64,000 bases of DNA, taken from an uncultured Pseudomonadota bacterium. GTDB lineage: Bacteria; Vulcanimicrobiota; Vulcanimicrobiia; Eremiobacterales; Eremiobacteraceae. The stretch is taken from contig CAVTNB010000001.1 of the NCBI GenBank assembly GCA_963736005.1, forward strand, positions 1,344,001 through 1,408,000, given 5' to 3'. Positions 20,783 to 30,538 of this stretch are shown here, one piece after another. The notes below the pieces were generated by a model, which did no database searches, was not told where the DNA came from, and saw nothing but the letters and a program-made list of their open reading frames with translations. The stretch's first letter is position 1. The number at the start of each line of letters is the position of its first letter. The translations under genes and the position numbers were made by a program.

Positions 20783-21450
20783 TGTTTCTTGTTGCAGTCG
20801 TTGTTGCAGCCGCGGTGAGCGCTGCAGGGTCTTCCACAGGCGCGGGCACTCCGCCCGATGGCACGTACAATTATTCGATTACACAAGGCGGCAGCGCGAT
20901 TGGAAACAGCACAGTCACGATCAAGAGAACTCCTGACAATATCGCTCTGCATGAAACCGAGACGCTCGGACAGCTGAACTACGTCGTCGACGAAACACTC
21001 GATGCAGGCACGCTCAATCCAAAAACGTACGTCGCGACCTATACCAAAGGAACGGGATCGCAAACTGCGCGCGTTGCGTTCGATCGCACGGGTGCGACCG
21101 TCACTTTTGACGGCATCGCAGGCAATGAATTTTTTGCGTTGCCGGCGGGCGTCAAGAACGCATACGTCCTCGAATCGTCAATCATGACTGGATTTCTCAT
21201 GCTGCCAGCCCAGCTGCACGCGAGCAGAGCGAACCAATTCCTCCAGGTCATGCCAAGTGAGGTTGCCCAGCTCACCGGGCGGGTGAGCGGAGCGACGGCT
21301 GGCCCGCGGCCGGCTAGTTTGCCCTCAAACGATGTATCGCTCTCGATTGGCGGCCGAGTCAGTTTCGATGAATGGTACGATCCGAATACCTACATCTTGC
21401 ACGCGGTTTCCGTACCCATCGAAGACGTGCTTATCCAATTAACAAAATAG
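20782..21450 (+). CDS. Hypothetical secreted beta-rich protein
   Basis: TAATG coupling with the SPFH gene; signal-like N-terminus. Confidence 0.7.
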   Translation: MFLVAVVVAAAVSAAGSSTGAGTPPDGTYNYSITQGGSAIGNSTVTIKRTPDNIALHETETLGQLNYVVDETLDAGTLNPKTYVATYTKGTGSQTARVAFDRTGATVTFDGIAGNEFFALPAGVKNAYVLESSIMTGFLMLPAQLHASRANQFLQVMPSEVAQLTGRVSGATAGPRPASLPSNDVSLSIGGRVSFDEWYDPNTYILHAVSVPIEDVLIQLTK

Positions 21451-21475
21451 CGGGTCGGGAGTGCGACTTCGCAGG

Positions 21476-21510
21476 TTGACGCATTAGCAGTCTCGATGCT
21501 ATAGTGCTAA
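21476..21510 (+). promoter_or_regulatory. CIRCE element (HrcA operator) overlapping a sigma70 promoter
   Basis: TTAGCAGTC-N9-TAGTGCTAA (21484-21510) versus consensus TTAGCACTC-N9-GAGTGCTAA; TTGACG at 21476 and TG-C-TATAGT -10 at 21500. Confidence 0.85.
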
Positions 21511-21677
21511 TGTAGGACAGACTTCGGTTCCCGACCGCATCTCGGGACACAGGGGCGACAGGCACGCCCCGGCAACAATTCCGTCATAACGCAGGTAGAA
21601 ATTTAGGCGGTAGTTCTCGCCATAGCCCTCGTGCGAGCTCCCGCCTTTAACAAGTTCACAGGAGTAGAGAAATTAAG

Positions 21678-22886
21678 ATGAGTTCGCAAACCCGCACGTC
21701 GCTCGGCTTCCTTTTTATGGGAGTTCTCGGCGTGCTCATCGGTGCAGTCGTGATCACCCTTCTTGCCCCCAAATTCTGGCCCACGCAACAGGCATCGCTC
21801 AGCTATAATGCCGCGTCGGCAGAACCCCTTGCGCCCATCGGTACGGACAATCTCGAACAGCGCATCATTAAAGTGGTCAAGCAGAGCGAGCCCTCGGTCG
21901 TGCTGATCAAGACCACAGTGCACGGGGTCCAACAAATTTACAATCCCTTCCAAAACGATCCGTTCTTCCGTCAGTTCTTCGGCGACCAGGGCCCCCAAAG
22001 CCAATCATTCACTGTCCAAGCTTCTGGATCTGGGTTCGTCATCAAGCGTGAGGGCGACACAGCTTACGTGGCAACCAACGCCCACGTCGTCTATCATGCA
22101 GACAAAGTCCAGGTCTTGCTCTCGACCGGGCGTCAAGTCGACGCGGAGGTCGTGGGATCGGACGATGACGCGGACCTCGCGATTTTGAAGATTCACGGTT
22201 CAAACTTACCATCCGCGCTGCCGCTTGGTAATTCCAGCGCTTTGCAGCAGGGTCAGTTTGTGCTCGCAATTGGCGAACCGGAATCATTTCAGAACTCGGT
22301 GAGTTTGGGAATCGTTTCTGCAATCCACCGCAGCGGCATCGACGCAGGCGGCGGTGCAGGCTTCCCGACTTTCCACTACAGCGACATGATCCAAATTACG
22401 ACGCCCATTAACCCGGGCAATTCCGGTGGGCCGCTCATCACAACCGGCGGTCAAGTGGTCGGCATCAATGCAGTCGTGGCCGAGGAGGCGCAAGCGATCG
22501 GGTTCTCGATTCCGATCAACGCTGCCGCGCCGGTGCTCGCGGAAATTGAAACGACCGGGCATGGCATTCACGTGCAGCACCCGTTCATCGGCATTCAGAT
22601 GCGCGCACTCAATACGCAGATCGCAAATTATCTAGGCTACAATGGCGCGCAGGGCGTCGTCGTCACGGACGTCGTCGCGCAGAGCCCGGCCGACAAAGCC
22701 GGACTGCAAGCTAGCGACATCATTTTGGAGCTCAATCACCAAAAGGTCGCGAGCGTGGACCAAATCCGCAATGCCATTGCCAAGATGAAGGTGGGAGACA
22801 AAATCACCTTGTTGGTCTGGAGAAATGGCAGTCTGCAGCCCGTCAACGTCACCCTTGGTGACAGGCCGGAGACGGTCCAGGGCTAG
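21678..22886 (+). CDS. htrA: HtrA/DegP-like serine protease with one PDZ domain
   Basis: TNAHVV, DLA and INPGNSGGPL triad motifs; N-terminal TM; PDZ domain. Confidence 0.93.
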   Translation: MSSQTRTSLGFLFMGVLGVLIGAVVITLLAPKFWPTQQASLSYNAASAEPLAPIGTDNLEQRIIKVVKQSEPSVVLIKTTVHGVQQIYNPFQNDPFFRQFFGDQGPQSQSFTVQASGSGFVIKREGDTAYVATNAHVVYHADKVQVLLSTGRQVDAEVVGSDDDADLAILKIHGSNLPSALPLGNSSALQQGQFVLAIGEPESFQNSVSLGIVSAIHRSGIDAGGGAGFPTFHYSDMIQITTPINPGNSGGPLITTGGQVVGINAVVAEEAQAIGFSIPINAAAPVLAEIETTGHGIHVQHPFIGIQMRALNTQIANYLGYNGAQGVVVTDVVAQSPADKAGLQASDIILELNHQKVASVDQIRNAIAKMKVGDKITLLVWRNGSLQPVNVTLGDRPETVQG

Positions 22887-22893
22887 GGACTAT

Positions 22894-22915
22894 GGCCGGG
22901 GGTCCCGGCCGCTAC
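22894..22915 (-). repeat. Single REP-like palindrome (GGCCGGG-GGT-CCCGGCC-GCTAC)
   Basis: Same stem plus CTAC architecture as the other units; only one copy in the window. Confidence 0.4.
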
Positions 22916-22981
22916 CAATCGAAGCACACCAGGCCGGGATGCACCATATGCCCGGCCTGGTCATCAGAGGAGTAAACAAAA

Positions 22982-24844
22982 ATGGCTAAAGTTGTCGGCA
23001 TTGACCTCGGGACGACCAATTCGGTTGTCGCCTATATGGAAGGCGCGACACCAACGGTCATCACGAACGCAGAGGGAAGCCGGCTCACCCCATCCGTCGT
23101 TGCGTTCACGAAGAGCGGCGAGCGGCTCGTTGGCCAACTCGCGAAGCGTCAAGCGATCACCAATCCCGATCGCACGATTTCGTCGATCAAGCGCTATATG
23201 GGGACCGACCACAAGGTGACAATCGACGGCAAAGCATACACGCCGCAAGAAATTTCGGCAATGATTCTTCAGAAGCTCGCCGCAGACGCGAGTACCTACC
23301 TTGGCGAAAAAGTCACGAGAGCCGTGATCACGGTGCCTGCGTACTTCAATGATGCGCAGCGCCAAGCCACCAAAGATGCCGGCCGCATCGCAGGCCTCGA
23401 CGTCCTTCGCATCATCAACGAGCCGACAGCGGCGGCGCTCGCGTACGGCTTGGACAAGAAGGGCAACGAAACGATTTTGGTCTGGGATCTCGGCGGCGGA
23501 ACGTTCGACGTCTCCATCCTGGAAGTTGGTGACGGTGTTTTTGAAGTCAAATCCACCAATGGCGACACACACCTCGGTGGCGATGACTACGACAAGCGCA
23601 TCGTCGACTGGCTCGTGACCGAATTTAAAAAAGATCAAGCCATCGATCTTGCCAACGATCGCCAAGCGCTTCAGCGCCTTACCGAAGCCGCTGAGAAAGC
23701 AAAAATCGAACTCTCGTCCATGGTGCAGACTTCTATCAATTTGCCCTTCATCACGGCGGATCAGAATGGACCGAAGCATCTGGACTATACGCTCACGCGC
23801 GCTAAATTCGAACAACTGACGGCAGACCTCACCGAGCGCTGCGTCAAACCCTTCGAAAACGCGATCCGCGATGCCAAACTGTCGGTCGAGGACATAAAAG
23901 AGGTCGTCTTGGTCGGCGGCGCAACCCGCATGCCCGTGATTGTGGAACTGGTCAAGCGCCTCACCAAAAAAGATCCAAACCAAAGCGTCAATCCCGACGA
24001 AGTCGTGGCGGTGGGTGCTGCCATTCAAGCCGGCGTGCTTGCAGGCGAAGTCAAGGACGTTGTCCTGCTCGACGTTACGCCGCTCACGCTTGGACTTGAG
24101 ACTCTCGGCGGCGTTCGCACGCCGCTCATCGAGCGCAATACGACGATCCCAACGCGCAAGTCGCAGACCTTTACGACGGCAGATGACGGTCAAACGTCGG
24201 TCGACATCCATGTGCTCCAAGGCGAGCGTGACATGGCGGCCGACAACAAAACGCTGGGTCGGTTCAGACTCGAAGGCATTCCCCCGGCACCACGCGGCGT
24301 ACCGCAAGTCGAAGTGACATTCGATATCGACGCCAACGGCATCACGCACGTGGCCGCAAAAGATCTCGGAACCGGCAAGGAGCAGCGCATCACGATCACG
24401 GCATCGAGCAACCTCAACAAAGATGAGGTCGATCGCATGGTCAAAGACGCGCAAGCTCATGCGGACGATGACAAGCGCAAGCGAGCCGAAGCAGAGACCC
24501 GCAACCAGGCGCAAACTCTCGAGTATTCGGTCGAAAGAACACTGAAAGATCTCGGCGACAAAGTGCCAGCATCTGATAAAGCTGAGGTCGAGAAAGCGCT
24601 CGATAACGTTCGCGCGCTGCTCAAGAGCGGCAGCTCGGACGAACTCAAGCGTGCTGCCGATCGCCTGCAAGAGCTCTCGTACAAGCTCGCGCAAAACGTC
24701 TATCAAAGCACGGGGCAAGCGGCCGGTGACGGGGCGCCCAATGGCGCTCCCGGAGAGCCACAGGGAGCACCGAGCGGCGCGGGCAGCTCCGGTGGCTCGG
24801 GTCCGCAAGGCGATGTCATCGATGCTGAGTACAAAGAGACCTAA
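22982..24844 (+). CDS. dnaK: Molecular chaperone DnaK
   Basis: [24 protein letters not shown] and VTFDIDANG. Confidence 0.99.
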   Translation: MAKVVGIDLGTTNSVVAYMEGATPTVITNAEGSRLTPSVVAFTKSGERLVGQLAKRQAITNPDRTISSIKRYMGTDHKVTIDGKAYTPQEISAMILQKLAADASTYLGEKVTRAVITVPAYFNDAQRQATKDAGRIAGLDVLRIINEPTAAALAYGLDKKGNETILVWDLGGGTFDVSILEVGDGVFEVKSTNGDTHLGGDDYDKRIVDWLVTEFKKDQAIDLANDRQALQRLTEAAEKAKIELSSMVQTSINLPFITADQNGPKHLDYTLTRAKFEQLTADLTERCVKPFENAIRDAKLSVEDIKEVVLVGGATRMPVIVELVKRLTKKDPNQSVNPDEVVAVGAAIQAGVLAGEVKDVVLLDVTPLTLGLETLGGVRTPLIERNTTIPTRKSQTFTTADDGQTSVDIHVLQGERDMAADNKTLGRFRLEGIPPAPRGVPQVEVTFDIDANGITHVAAKDLGTGKEQRITITASSNLNKDEVDRMVKDAQAHADDDKRKRAEAETRNQAQTLEYSVERTLKDLGDKVPASDKAEVEKALDNVRALLKSGSSDELKRAADRLQELSYKLAQNVYQSTGQAAGDGAPNGAPGEPQGAPSGAGSSGGSGPQGDVIDAEYKET

Positions 24845-24861
24845 AGGCACGAGGCTGACCC

Positions 24862-25425
24862 ATGGCCGGTAGCGACGAGTTCGACTCGCTCTCGAGCGCA
24901 GCAGTTCCGGGAATCGATGAGGCGCCGACCGACGGCCGGGCGCCTGTCGATCCCGCGAGCGCGCTGCGCGCACAGCTTGACAAAGCCAAAGCAGATGTGG
25001 AAGAACAGCGCAATCTGTATTTGCGCGCACTTGCCGACTTCGACAACTTCAAGCGAAGAACGGAGCGAGAGAACCTCGCCCGATCCGACAGCGCTCGGCG
25101 CAAGCTGCTGCTGCGCGTGCTCGACGTCTTGGATAACTTCGAGCGCGCCGCGTCCTATCGAAAAGCTGGAACGCCTCCAGATCAACTGGTGGATGGCGTG
25201 CTCGCGACGGTCAAGCAACTGGGATCGCTGCTCGAAGCCGAAGGCGTTCGGCCAATTGACGTTGCGGGCAAAGCCTTTGACCCAACGATTTCAGAAGCAG
25301 TGAGCACGCGCGCGCAGGCTGGCAAGCCCGCGAATATGGTGCTCGATGAAGCTCGCAAGGGGTACACCATCGGGGACGACTTGCTTCGCCCCGCGCAGGT
25401 TATTGTCTCGACGGCATCCGAATGA
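24862..25425 (+). CDS. grpE: Nucleotide exchange factor GrpE
   Basis: LRALADFDNFKRR, FDP and KGY....LLRPAQV. Confidence 0.96.
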   Translation: MAGSDEFDSLSSAAVPGIDEAPTDGRAPVDPASALRAQLDKAKADVEEQRNLYLRALADFDNFKRRTERENLARSDSARRKLLLRVLDVLDNFERAASYRKAGTPPDQLVDGVLATVKQLGSLLEAEGVRPIDVAGKAFDPTISEAVSTRAQAGKPANMVLDEARKGYTIGDDLLRPAQVIVSTASE

Positions 25426-25437
25426 CGGGCTGCCACT

Positions 25438-26358
25438 ATGCCCGTACAATATAAGGATTATTATAAGACGCTTGGCGTCGCAAAGACTGCGTCGACGAAA
25501 GAAATCAAGTCGGCGTACCGCAAGCTTGCGCGTCAATGGCATCCGGACGTCAATCCGACCAAAAAGAAAGAAGCCGAAGAGAAATTCAAAGAGATCTCTG
25601 AGGCCTACGAAGTTTTAAGCGACGCCCAAAAACGCAAGACCTACGATTCGCTCGGCAGCGACTGGCAACAGCGCGCGAGAGACTTCCAGGGCGGCGGCGT
25701 TCGTTATGGCGCACCGCCCGGCGACGGCGGCGTTCAATTCGATTTTGGCGACCTCGGCGAAGGCGGATTTTCGGAATTCTTTCAAAGCATTTTTGGAGGA
25801 ATGGGCCGTCAGGGCGGTGGCTTCTCGCCACGTGCGCGCCGCAGCCGCGGCGCCGATCTCGAGAGCGAGATCGAACTCACCCTTCGGGATGCGTACTCGG
25901 GCGGCAAGCGGTATTTGAGCTTACCGAACGGGAAATCGCTTGAGGTCCAAGTGCCAGCGGGCGTGCGAGACGGACAGCGCATAAGGCTCGCAGGGCAAGG
26001 TGAGGCCGGTTCGGGCGGTGGCCAAAACGGTGACCTGTATCTCGTCGTGCGTATCACCCCCGATGCGACGTTTCGGCGTGAGGGTGACGATTTGTACGTC
26101 GAGCAACCCACGAGCATGTACACGCTCGTGCTCGGTGGTGAGGTGACGGTGCCGACCATGACCGGGCGAATCAAGGTCAAAGTTCCAGCCGGCTCGCAAA
26201 ACGGGCGCAAGCTGCGCATTCCTGGCAAGGGGATGCCCAAACTCCGGGGGACCGGTCACGGCGACTTGTACGTGACGCTGGTCGCCCAAGTGCCAACAAA
26301 CCTGAGCGAGCGTCAGCGTGAACTTTTCCGCGAACTCGCCGACCTCAACAAATCATAG
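25438..26358 (+). CDS. dnaJ: DnaJ-class co-chaperone lacking the zinc finger (CbpA-like)
   Basis: KDYY...HPD J domain, G/F linker and C-terminal domain; no CxxCxGxG repeats. Confidence 0.9.
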   Translation: MPVQYKDYYKTLGVAKTASTKEIKSAYRKLARQWHPDVNPTKKKEAEEKFKEISEAYEVLSDAQKRKTYDSLGSDWQQRARDFQGGGVRYGAPPGDGGVQFDFGDLGEGGFSEFFQSIFGGMGRQGGGFSPRARRSRGADLESEIELTLRDAYSGGKRYLSLPNGKSLEVQVPAGVRDGQRIRLAGQGEAGSGGGQNGDLYLVVRITPDATFRREGDDLYVEQPTSMYTLVLGGEVTVPTMTGRIKVKVPAGSQNGRKLRIPGKGMPKLRGTGHGDLYVTLVAQVPTNLSERQRELFRELADLNKS

Positions 26359-26419
26359 CTCAAGGGCGCCCTCGAAACAGAAACGAACCTTAGCAACGAA
26401 ATCAGGAGGGCATTACCAC

Positions 26420-27574
26420 ATGCTCGCACCAGAGCGCAGCCCCGAAGTCATCGAAGCCGAGAAGATGGTGCTGGACACCGTGCGGCAACTCGTCCAGGAA
26501 AAAGTTGCCCCGCGGGCAGCAGCGATCGATGCCACAGGCGAGTACCCACGCGACATCCGAGAGTTGTTCGCCAAGAACGATCTGCTGGGCATCCCCTTTC
26601 CTGAGGAGTATGGCGGCCTCGGCAGCTTCCTCACCTACGTCAAGGTCGTTGAGGAAGTTTCAAAGGCCTGTGCCACGAGCGCCCTCATCATTGCGGTACA
26701 AGAGTTGGGCGCCCTCCCCATCATGATTGCTGGAAGTGCTGAACAGAAAAAAAAGTATCTCCCGAGACTTGCGAGCGGCGAAATCATGACGTCGTACGCG
26801 TTGAGCGAATCGACCTCCGGATCGGATGCCGCAAACATGCGAACGACCGCCGTGCGCAATGGCGACTCGTACGTGTTGAACGGAACCAAGGTGTTCATCA
26901 CCAATGTGGCGGTGGCCGACCTCTGCATCGTTTTTGCCGCAACGGATACATCGGCTGGACCGAAGGGCATTTCTGCGTTCATCTGCCACACCGACGATCC
27001 GGGCTTTCGTTTGGGCAAAGTCGAGCACAAAATGGGTATCCGAGGATCGCCAACCAACGAGGTCGTGCTCGACAATTGCCGCATCCCTGCCGACCGCTTG
27101 CTAGGAAGCGAAGGCGAAGGGTTCAAGATTGCCATGGCGACGTTGGATAAGTCGCGACCAGGCATCGCAGCACAAGCGCTCGGGCTCGCACAAGGTGCGC
27201 TCGATTTTGCAGCTCGCTACCTTCAAGAGCGAGTTGCCTTCGGCAAACCGCTCGCGAAGCAGCAAGGCTTACAATGGATGATTGCCGATATGGACCTCGA
27301 GACGCAAGCGGCGCGCCTGCTGCTCTATGAATCAGCGCACCGATGCGATATCGGCGCCGATGATGTCACCTACTGGGGTGCGCTGTGCAAACTCAAATGT
27401 GGCGACGTTGCCATGCGCGTGACGACCGACGCGGTGCAATTGCTCGGGGGATACGGATACATGACCGAGTATCCGGTCGAACGCATGATGCGAGATGCAA
27501 AGATCACGCAGATCTACGAGGGCACGCAACAGATCCAGCGAATCGTCATTGCTCGCAAGATTCTCGGTAAATAA
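26420..27574 (+). CDS. Acyl-CoA dehydrogenase
   Basis: LSESTSGSD, NGTKVFITN, KMGIRGS, QLLGGYGY and IYEGT; AGGAGG RBS. Confidence 0.95.
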   Translation: MLAPERSPEVIEAEKMVLDTVRQLVQEKVAPRAAAIDATGEYPRDIRELFAKNDLLGIPFPEEYGGLGSFLTYVKVVEEVSKACATSALIIAVQELGALPIMIAGSAEQKKKYLPRLASGEIMTSYALSESTSGSDAANMRTTAVRNGDSYVLNGTKVFITNVAVADLCIVFAATDTSAGPKGISAFICHTDDPGFRLGKVEHKMGIRGSPTNEVVLDNCRIPADRLLGSEGEGFKIAMATLDKSRPGIAAQALGLAQGALDFAARYLQERVAFGKPLAKQQGLQWMIADMDLETQAARLLLYESAHRCDIGADDVTYWGALCKLKCGDVAMRVTTDAVQLLGGYGYMTEYPVERMMRDAKITQIYEGTQQIQRIVIARKILGK

Positions 27575-27588
27575 GGGGTCTATAAGCC

Positions 27589-29871
27589 TTGGCAATCGCA
27601 CATAATCTTGGATTTCCCCGCATAGGCCACAAGCGAGAGCTCAAGCGTGCTCTCGAATCCTATTGGAAAGGCGACATCGGCGCAGACGACCTCAAAGAGG
27701 TGGGGCGCCAGCTCCGCCGCCATCATTGGCAACTGCAGCGGGATGCTGGTTTGGACAACGTCCCCGTCGGTGATTTTTCGTTTTACGACCAGGTGCTCGA
27801 CACGAACGCCATGGTCGGCGCGATTCCCGCGCGTTATGGTTTCTCCGGCGAAACGGTCGATTTCGATACGTATTTCGCGATGGCGCGGGGTTCAGCCGCA
27901 GCGCCTGCAATGGAAATGACCAAATGGTTCGATACGAACTACCACTATATCGTTCCTGAGTTTAGCCCGGAGATGTCGTTCGCGCTCCGCAGCGCAAAGA
28001 TGATCGCCCAGACGCGCGAGGCGCTCGATGCCGGCTTTGTCCCTAAGCCCGTGCTCATCGGCCCCGTTACCTATCTGTGGCTCGGTAAAGAACGCGCGTT
28101 AAATGGCAAGCCCTTCTCGCGCTTGTCGCTCCTGGAGCGCCTGCTCCCCGTGTACCAAGAAGTGCTGCGGCAATTGAAAGGACTCGGCGTTCGCTTCGTT
28201 CAGATGGACGAGCCTGCGCTCGTCGCGGACTTGCCCGCGCCTTGGCAACAAGCCTATGAGAGCGCGTACGAGGCGCTTGGTGGTGCAGGGGTCGACATCT
28301 TACTTGCCACTTACTTTGGCGCCGTCGACGAGCACGCCACCTTGCTCGGATCGTTGCCGATTGCCGGCGTCCATCTGGACCTCGTGCGTGCACCCGAACA
28401 ACTCGATGCCATGCTCAAAGACTGGCGGCCCGGCAAGGTCCTCTCGCTCGGTGTCGTCGATGGACGCAACGTCTGGCGCACAGATCTTCGGCGCGCGCTC
28501 GCGCTGCTCGAGCGCGCACACGAGGTGGTCGACGACCTGTGGGTTGGACCATCCTGCAGCCTCATGCATGCCCCGGTCGATCTCGCCCTCGAGTCGAAGC
28601 TCGACGTCGAGCTGCGTTCTTGGCTTGCCTTCTCGGTGCAAAAACTGCATGAGCTCGCGATCCTCAAACGTGGTGTCGAGCACGGCAGCGAAGCGATCGA
28701 AGACGAGCTGCAACTGTCGGATATCGTGGAACGCAGCCGCGAACAATCCAAACTTATTCACAATAAAGCAGTCGCCGAGCGGGTGGCGCATCTCACGCAG
28801 GACGATGAGCGGCGGCGGAGCGATTTTGGAACTCGGCAGCGACGGCAGCGCGCGCAACTCAACCTGCCCGCCTTTCCCACGACAACCATCGGGAGCTTCC
28901 CGCAGACGCCGGCCATTCGCGAAGCGCGAGCCAAGTTTAAGAAGACCGAACTTGACGAGAAAGCCTACGAGAAGGCGATGCAAGCGGAGATCGAGCACGC
29001 GATTCGCGAGCAGGAAAAACTTGGCATTGATGTCCTCGTTCACGGTGAAGCTGAACGCAACGACATGGTCGAGTACTTCGGGGAGCAGCTATCAGGCTTT
29101 GCCTTCACGCAACACGGCTGGGTGCAAAGTTACGGTTCGCGCTACGTCAAGCCGCCGATCATCTACGGCGACGTCGAACGGCCAACGCCGATGACGGTAC
29201 GCTGGAGCGAGTACGCCCAATCTCTGACCGACAAGCCAATGAAGGGGATGCTCACTGGGCCCGTGACCATTTTGCAGTGGTCGTTCGTGCGTGACGATCA
29301 GCCCCGTTCGGAAACCGCCACGCAAATCGCTCTGGCCATTCGGGATGAGGTTCGCGATCTCGAGCACGCGGGCATCCGCATCATTCAAATCGACGAGCCC
29401 GCGTTTCGCGAAGGCTTGCCTCTCAAACGCAAGGATTGGAAGTCATACATCAAATGGGCGACCCGCGTTTTTCGCATTGCCTCCTCGCCGGTGGATGACG
29501 CCACGCAGATTCACACTCACATGTGCTACTCGGAGTTTAACGATGTCTTCGAGGTGTTGGCGCTGCTTGACGCCGACGTCATTACGATCGAATCGTCGCG
29601 CAGCGGCATGGAGCTGCTCGACGCCTTCAAGAAGTTTCGTTATCCAAACGAAATTGGTCCAGGTGTGTACGACATCCACTCGCCGCGCATACCCAGCTCC
29701 GAAGAAATGCACGCTCTCTTAGAGAAGGCCGCGAACTTTCTCTCACCCGACCAGCTCTGGGTCAATCCCGATTGCGGTTTGAAGACGCGACGCTGGGAAG
29801 AGGTTTTGCCTGCCCTGCGCAACATGGTCGCCGCGGCGAAGCGCATGCGCGGGAAAGTCGCGGCGGTTTAA
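27589..29871 (+). CDS. metE: Cobalamin-independent methionine synthase
   Basis: [34 protein letters not shown] and NPDCGLKTR. Confidence 0.98.
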   Translation: MAIAHNLGFPRIGHKRELKRALESYWKGDIGADDLKEVGRQLRRHHWQLQRDAGLDNVPVGDFSFYDQVLDTNAMVGAIPARYGFSGETVDFDTYFAMARGSAAAPAMEMTKWFDTNYHYIVPEFSPEMSFALRSAKMIAQTREALDAGFVPKPVLIGPVTYLWLGKERALNGKPFSRLSLLERLLPVYQEVLRQLKGLGVRFVQMDEPALVADLPAPWQQAYESAYEALGGAGVDILLATYFGAVDEHATLLGSLPIAGVHLDLVRAPEQLDAMLKDWRPGKVLSLGVVDGRNVWRTDLRRALALLERAHEVVDDLWVGPSCSLMHAPVDLALESKLDVELRSWLAFSVQKLHELAILKRGVEHGSEAIEDELQLSDIVERSREQSKLIHNKAVAERVAHLTQDDERRRSDFGTRQRRQRAQLNLPAFPTTTIGSFPQTPAIREARAKFKKTELDEKAYEKAMQAEIEHAIREQEKLGIDVLVHGEAERNDMVEYFGEQLSGFAFTQHGWVQSYGSRYVKPPIIYGDVERPTPMTVRWSEYAQSLTDKPMKGMLTGPVTILQWSFVRDDQPRSETATQIALAIRDEVRDLEHAGIRIIQIDEPAFREGLPLKRKDWKSYIKWATRVFRIASSPVDDATQIHTHMCYSEFNDVFEVLALLDADVITIESSRSGMELLDAFKKFRYPNEIGPGVYDIHSPRIPSSEEMHALLEKAANFLSPDQLWVNPDCGLKTRRWEEVLPALRNMVAAAKRMRGKVAAV

Positions 29872-30407
29872 GGTCGCGGGCGGGGTTCCTCGAAGAGCAT
29901 TCTCGTCTCGAGGGTAAAGCTGGGCAAGGCCGGATCTCGAATTTCGTCACGACCTGCAAACGTTTGCTTGCCGTTCTCCCTCCGTGCAGTCACCATTTGC
30001 AAGTCTGTATCAACGAGAAACACGACCGTGGTTCCGGCCGACAGATAAACGCGGACCTTCTCTTCAATGTCTTTACGCGCGTCCCCGGGTGATAGGATTT
30101 CGACGACCACATTGGGCGCGACGCGAGGAATGTCCGCGTCCGCCGTATTCTCATACGGTATTCGCTCGTAGGAAAGATACGCAACATCCGGCACGAGTGG
30201 ACGGCGCACTTCGCCGCGTGGTTCGATGCGAAATTCCCACTCGGTGCCTACGCGACCCGAACCTTGTCGGTTTGCCCAGTCGAGGAGCCTGCTGACGAAA
30301 ACGCTTTGCGCTAGCGCGTGCTTGCGCTGTGGACTCACCTTTTGCAGTGCGCGTCCGTTGACCCATTCTGTCGCGGGTTTGGTTTCCGGCAAAACGATCT
30401 CGGCCAT
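29868..30407 (-). CDS. Uma2 family endonuclease
   Basis: E.VNG....KVSP...[14 protein letters not shown] and K...YL.AG; shares a TTAA stop overlap with convergent metE. Confidence 0.9.
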   Translation of the reverse strand: MAEIVLPETKPATEWVNGRALQKVSPQRKHALAQSVFVSRLLDWANRQGSGRVGTEWEFRIEPRGEVRRPLVPDVAYLSYERIPYENTADADIPRVAPNVVVEILSPGDARKDIEEKVRVYLSAGTTVVFLVDTDLQMVTARRENGKQTFAGRDEIRDPALPSFTLETRMLFEEPRPRP

Positions 30408-30456
30408 GACACCCAAAGTATATCACGCGAACGCCGCTAGTGGCTAGCGGGTTACG

Positions 30457-30538
30457 CGCGCGAATAAATTCGCGCGACTACAAGGGCCACGCGCGCGAAT
30501 AAATTCGCGCCAGGGCGATTTTCCAATCGCCCCCTACA
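30457..30538 (-). repeat. Mixed REP array B + B (truncated) + C
   Basis: CGCGCGAATAAATTCGCGCGACTACA, CGCGCGAATAAATTCGCGC and GGGCGATTTTCCAATCGCCCCCTACA. Confidence 0.88.

Noticed and set aside
22964..25030. 688-aa ORF antisense to dnaK
   Set aside because: Known shadow frame opposite dnaK in GC-rich genomes; no recognisable motifs
27575..27590. SAM or cobalamin riboswitch ahead of metE
   Set aside because: Only 14 nt separate metE from the upstream gene; no aptamer motifs are visible
29868..30407. Uma2 endonuclease as a defence system
   Set aside because: Standalone, with no methylase or partner genes; such genes are common and multicopy in Terrabacteria
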